DNA of 64,000 bases from the IMG/VR virus record IMGVR_UViG_3300021197_001442, positions 31,020-95,019 of that record, one strand, 5' to 3'. The notes under the pieces are model-generated. The model did not search any database, was not told the origin of the DNA, and worked only from the letters and a program-made list of their open reading frames with translations. A program made the position numbers and the translations under genes. How positions within the stretch are numbered: position 1 is the first letter of the stretch; every line of letters begins with the position of its first letter. This document shows, one piece after another, positions 60,994 to 64,000 of the stretch. The DNA comes from a virus.

Positions 60994-62349
60994 TTATAAA
61001 GCCTTGGCCGCGAGTGTGGCAACATTCGATCTCTCACCCTTCTCAAGAGTGATATGACCTGACAGCTTGTATGCTTTAAGCTTCTCAATCGCGTGTGTAA
61101 GGCCAGATGACATTTCATTAACATAAATATTGTCAATTTGTTCAATATCCCCTGTTAATACAATTTTAGTCCCTTCTCCCACTCTTGTTAAAATTGTTTT
61201 AATTTCATGTGCGGTAAGGTTCTGAGCCTCATCAATAACAATGAAAGCATTTGCGATTGAACGCCCTCTTATATAGGTTAGAGCTTCTACCTCGATTAAG
61301 CCACGATGCATATAATCATCTAGGGTTGTTTGATCATCACCAGTCAGAAACTTTAGGTTATCCTGTACAGGTGCAAGCCAAGGTGCCATTTTCTCCTGCA
61401 TAGAGCCAGGTAAAAAGCCTATATCTCTTCCCATGGGCATCACCGGTCTAGACACCACCAGACGCTTGTAAGGGGTCCTACAATAGGTTTCATCCCTAAG
61501 CTTGTCCTTAACCTTCTTATTATTAACAACCTGTTCGAGACCTGCTGCTATAGCCATCAAAGTCTTACCAGAACCTGCCTTACCTATCAGTGAAACGACC
61601 TGTATTTCTGGATCCATTAACAGATCAAGAGCAAACATCTGTTCCTTATTTCGTGCTCTTACACCCCATAGGCCTTCCTTAAACTCAACGACCTTTCCTA
61701 TTGGAGTAGTATAATTGTAGAATCGAGAAAGAGCAGTCTTCTTTTCATTTGAACTAGAGACTAGCATTAAAAATTGGTTTGTATATAAACCTGGATTTTC
61801 TTCTTTATCTATTAAAATTAATTCACCTTCATAGAATTGATCAATTACTTGGTCATCCACTAGACATGTACTTAACCCTGAGTAAAGATCAGACTCATTT
61901 TTTATTACTTGATTCTCTATATAATCTTCTGTAGTAAGTCCTATGGAATCACAAATGACTCTCATATTGATGTCTCTACTTACAAGTATAGTCTTTCTGC
62001 TACCATTAGACTCATCCTCTGATAGAGCTGTAGATATGATTACATGGTCTGCTACAGATCTGTCTAGGTCATAGGGTAACTCATGTGTGGCGTGGTCTGC
62101 AATTTTTAGTATACCCTTACCTTTGCCTAGACGTATACCAGTTTGTAAGCTGCCCTTGGCCCTAAGGTCGTCCAGGGCTCGGATTATTTTTCGAGCGTTG
62201 ACTCCTACGCTGTCTTGACGTTTCTTGTGGTTATCTATTTCTTCCAATACTTTTAGTGGAATTAGAATATCATTGTTTCCATAATTATAGATACATTCTG
62301 AGTCTGTGAGGCAGACGCTGGTGTCGAAGACATATGTTTTTTTAGCCAT
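60994..62349 (-). CDS. phoH: PIN-PhoH fusion protein (PhoH2/YlaK-like)
   Basis: PIN motif YVFDTS...EEID; Walker A GKAGSGKT; IGFLPG, YIRGRS, DEAQN and GDIEQID. Confidence 0.93.
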   Translation of the reverse strand: MAKKTYVFDTSVCLTDSECIYNYGNNDILIPLKVLEEIDNHKKRQDSVGVNARKIIRALDDLRAKGSLQTGIRLGKGKGILKIADHATHELPYDLDRSVADHVIISTALSEDESNGSRKTILVSRDINMRVICDSIGLTTEDYIENQVIKNESDLYSGLSTCLVDDQVIDQFYEGELILIDKEENPGLYTNQFLMLVSSSNEKKTALSRFYNYTTPIGKVVEFKEGLWGVRARNKEQMFALDLLMDPEIQVVSLIGKAGSGKTLMAIAAGLEQVVNNKKVKDKLRDETYCRTPYKRLVVSRPVMPMGRDIGFLPGSMQEKMAPWLAPVQDNLKFLTGDDQTTLDDYMHRGLIEVEALTYIRGRSIANAFIVIDEAQNLTAHEIKTILTRVGEGTKIVLTGDIEQIDNIYVNEMSSGLTHAIEKLKAYKLSGHITLEKGERSNVATLAAKAL

Positions 62350-62373
62350 GTATAGTTACCGCTCCATCTATTA

Positions 62374-62381
62374 TAAATAGT
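62374..62381 (-). promoter_or_regulatory. Putative late promoter motif ACTATTTA(TA)
   Basis: 25 nt upstream of the phoH ATG. Confidence 0.6.
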
Positions 62382-62641
62382 CAATACCGCTCTATATCAG
62401 ACTCTTTTACCCATACAATATATTTTTTATTTCCTTTATACTCAGCACCATGTAAAGACTCTCCCATAACACTGACAGCTATAAGATCTTGCTGCTTAGG
62501 CCATGGAGGGCAGCTTATTATAGCATCAGATAGGAAGGTACACTGTTTGTCTTCTAATGGATAAACAAAGTTATAATGTCCAACCTCAGAAGTTTGAGCT
62601 ACAGTCCCTTTCTTAATCATCTTACTTTTTGATTCATACAT
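62381..62641 (-). CDS. Hypothetical protein
   Basis: 86-aa ORF in the co-oriented gene run. Confidence 0.5.
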   Translation of the reverse strand: MYESKSKMIKKGTVAQTSEVGHYNFVYPLEDKQCTFLSDAIISCPPWPKQQDLIAVSVMGESLHGAEYKGNKKYIVWVKESDIERY

Positions 62642-62644
62642 AAT

Positions 62645-62872
62645 TTATTTATTTAACCTATTGCTAATTTCCTGCTGTAAACAATCTTGGATAACTGCTA
62701 TATCTGTTACTTGATAACCAAAAGCACTAAAGCACATTGAACAAATTATAGCTGCTACCGTTGCTCCAATTATTGTTCCTATTAAAATCCCAATCTCAAA
62801 TTTTATAAGTTTTTTCACAACATAGGCCCCCCATTTGGATATTATAAACAATTTTTGTTTAACACTTGTCAA
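62645..62872 (-). CDS. Small membrane protein (true start probably downstream of the annotated TTG)
   Basis: Hydrophobic segment IGILIGTIIGATVAAIIC. Confidence 0.45.
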   Translation of the reverse strand: MTSVKQKLFIISKWGAYVVKKLIKFEIGILIGTIIGATVAAIICSMCFSAFGYQVTDIAVIQDCLQQEISNRLNK

Positions 62873-63155
62873 AATACTCCGATAAAAGCCTATTTGTATA
62901 ATGATTCTGCTCTATAGCTGTCTTCTTTCTGTGACAGTTAGCACAACGAATTTCACATTTTGCTGCTTCTTCTAATATAGAATCCCATGAGTATTCCTTA
63001 CTTATTAAGGTACTAATATTGTGCTTCTTGTTATTAAGATGATCGAAGTCTAAAACCCTAGGATCAGTTTCCCCACAATCAACACAAGGATTAGTTAAAT
63101 AAAAATCCATCATTTTTCTTTTGATAGACTCTCTTCTTTCAGAACGTTTGCACAT
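62859..63155 (-). CDS. HNH endonuclease
   Basis: CVDCG...LDFDH...CEIRCANCH. ATG at 63155 preferred over TTG at 63212. Confidence 0.85.
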   Translation of the reverse strand: MCKRSERRESIKRKMMDFYLTNPCVDCGETDPRVLDFDHLNNKKHNISTLISKEYSWDSILEEAAKCEIRCANCHRKKTAIEQNHYTNRLLSEYFDKC

Positions 63156-63177
63156 GGAATAACTTCCTTTTTGCTTA

Positions 63178-63206
63178 ACTTTACCTCCTGAAGACTTTTT
63201 TGTCAA
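63178..63206 (-). promoter_or_regulatory. Possible sigma70 promoter upstream of the HNH gene
   Basis: TTGACA, 17-nt spacer, TAAAGT. Confidence 0.45.
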
Positions 63207-63230
63207 ATACAAATACCTTGGCTCTTACTA

Positions 63231-63238
63231 TAAATAGT
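63231..63238 (-). promoter_or_regulatory. Putative late promoter motif ACTATTTA(TA)
   Basis: Intergenic, between the tmRNA 3' end and the HNH gene. Confidence 0.5.
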
Positions 63239-63271
63239 GTTAAAAGGCCATTTTTGTCAATTTAGTAAGGA

Positions 63272-63593
63272 TGGAGATGGCGGGAGTCGAACCCGCGTCC
63301 AGAATAAAATTCGTTTCAAGTCATTCACAAGCTTAGGAGATTTTTCTAAATCAACAAAACTTTTCTAACCTTACTGTGGCTAGAAACAGGTTCTTGTTTA
63401 ATTTTTACAACTTGTCTGTTGTTTTGACTAGATTGGATAGAAGGCCCTAGTCAGCCTCCCGATTAAGCCGCTAGACGGATAGAATCGAAATGATTATTGT
63501 TATTGGCAAATATCAAATGGTTTGATTTTTTAAGTCATCATGACTGCTTGCACTATCCTCTTCACTTACCCTGTCGAAACCAAAAACATCCCC
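63272..63593 (-). ncRNA. ssrA: tmRNA
   Basis: 5' GGGGATG pairs with 3' CATCTCC-A, giving a G3:U70 pair and discriminator A. T-arm GCGGGTTCGACTCCCGC. Internal tag ORF 63507-63463 encodes ANNNNHFDSIRLAA*, with UA at -5/-4 of the resume codon. Confidence 0.96.
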
Positions 63594-63748
63594 TTAAAAA
63601 ATTTATAAAATATAAAAGATGGATTACTTACAGAGCCATCATGCTATTCTCTCTTTAAATTTGTTATCTAGCTAAGAAATATACAACTTCTTAGGCAATA
63701 ACTAGGTTCGTTAGAGACATGGAACCATAAACCCTATATATTAAATTC

Positions 63749-64000
63749 TTATATTTTATTTTGTTCTTCTTGAAAGAAAGAATGTATTTGATACTTTCTA
63801 ACTAACATATTAAAATGCTTATGCTTTAAACCTAAAAATCGCATAGCTTCACCTTGTGTCCTAGTAGCAGAAACGGCATATTTCAACACAGCTTCTTGTG
63901 TTATTCTAACTAAATTATCCCATATTGGCAACCCATAAAGTCTATTCTTTACAGGTCTTGTAGATAGTTCTAACTTTAAAGCTATAATATCCTCTAAAGA
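63749..64000 (-). CDS. Hypothetical protein with a possible Fis-like HTH; 5'-truncated by the window end
   Basis: The frame stays open to 64000 (SLEDIIALKLELSTRPVKNRLYGLPIW...). C-terminal TQGEAMRFLGL is HTH-like. Confidence 0.55.
   Translation of the reverse strand, partial: SLEDIIALKLELSTRPVKNRLYGLPIWDNLVRITQEAVLKYAVSATRTQGEAMRFLGLKHKHFNMLVRKYQIHSFFQEEQNKI

Noticed and set aside
597-61714. Numerous short plus-strand ORFs, and short minus-strand ORFs nested in other frames, in the ORF track
   Set aside because: All overlap long motif-bearing minus-strand genes and show no recognisable motifs; treated as shadow ORFs.
62841-62872. TTGACA...TATAAT promoter upstream of the small membrane gene
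   Set aside because: The spacer is 20 nt, outside the normal 16-18 nt range; not called.
40912-63212. Longer N-termini given by the ORF track for sigma, gmd, SDR, GT29, GT2, GT4 and HNH
   Set aside because: Most of these extensions overlap the upstream gene; downstream ATGs fit domain starts, and several have clear SD sites.
63272-63300. tRNA-like T-arm and acceptor end suggesting a tRNA-Ala
   Set aside because: The matching 5' strand is ~320 nt away with a tag ORF in between, so it is the tmRNA.
1-64000. Stop-codon reassignment, introns, inteins or a diversity-generating retroelement
   Set aside because: Genes are full length under the standard code and abut tightly. I saw no intein motifs, reverse transcriptase or template/variable repeat pair, though a by-eye scan could miss diverged repeats.

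Overview
The window is a gene-dense segment of a large (jumbo-type) contractile-tailed phage genome, with every credible gene on the minus strand. Read in coding direction (64000 to 1) it holds six blocks. (1) A truncated HTH-like ORF, a structured intergenic element, a phage tmRNA (tag ANNNNHFDSIRLAA), an HNH nuclease, PIN-PhoH, a zincin-like protein and a Cas4/RecB-like nuclease. (2) A 17.5 kb glycan cluster: seven glycosyltransferase-like genes including a GT29 sialyltransferase-like one, a split transketolase with RfbH and RfbB, a CMP-ulosonate synthetase-cupin fusion, an SDR, a dehydroquinate-synthase-like enzyme, a class III aminotransferase, an SIS isomerase, Fcl and Gmd. (3) A T4 gp55-like late sigma factor. 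(4) A ~33 kb baseplate/tail module with spike, gp25-, gp6- and gp7-like proteins and giants of 2442 and 2858 aa. (5) RuvC, primase and two probable head-packaged proteins. (6) A fused Mre11-Rad50 gene that the ORF track misses. The strongest candidate for a new system is virion glycosylation: an unusual CMP-sugar/GT29 pathway with no NeuB/KdsA synthase, a branched dideoxy-sugar pathway, and strong enrichment of [ST]-[GAS]-S tripeptides in four tail proteins. Also notable are a positionally conserved ACTATTTA motif (the T4 late promoter reversed) and a repeated capsid-targeting-like leader, one copy of which sits at an internal SD-led start. All protein calls come from motifs recognised by eye; no searches were run.
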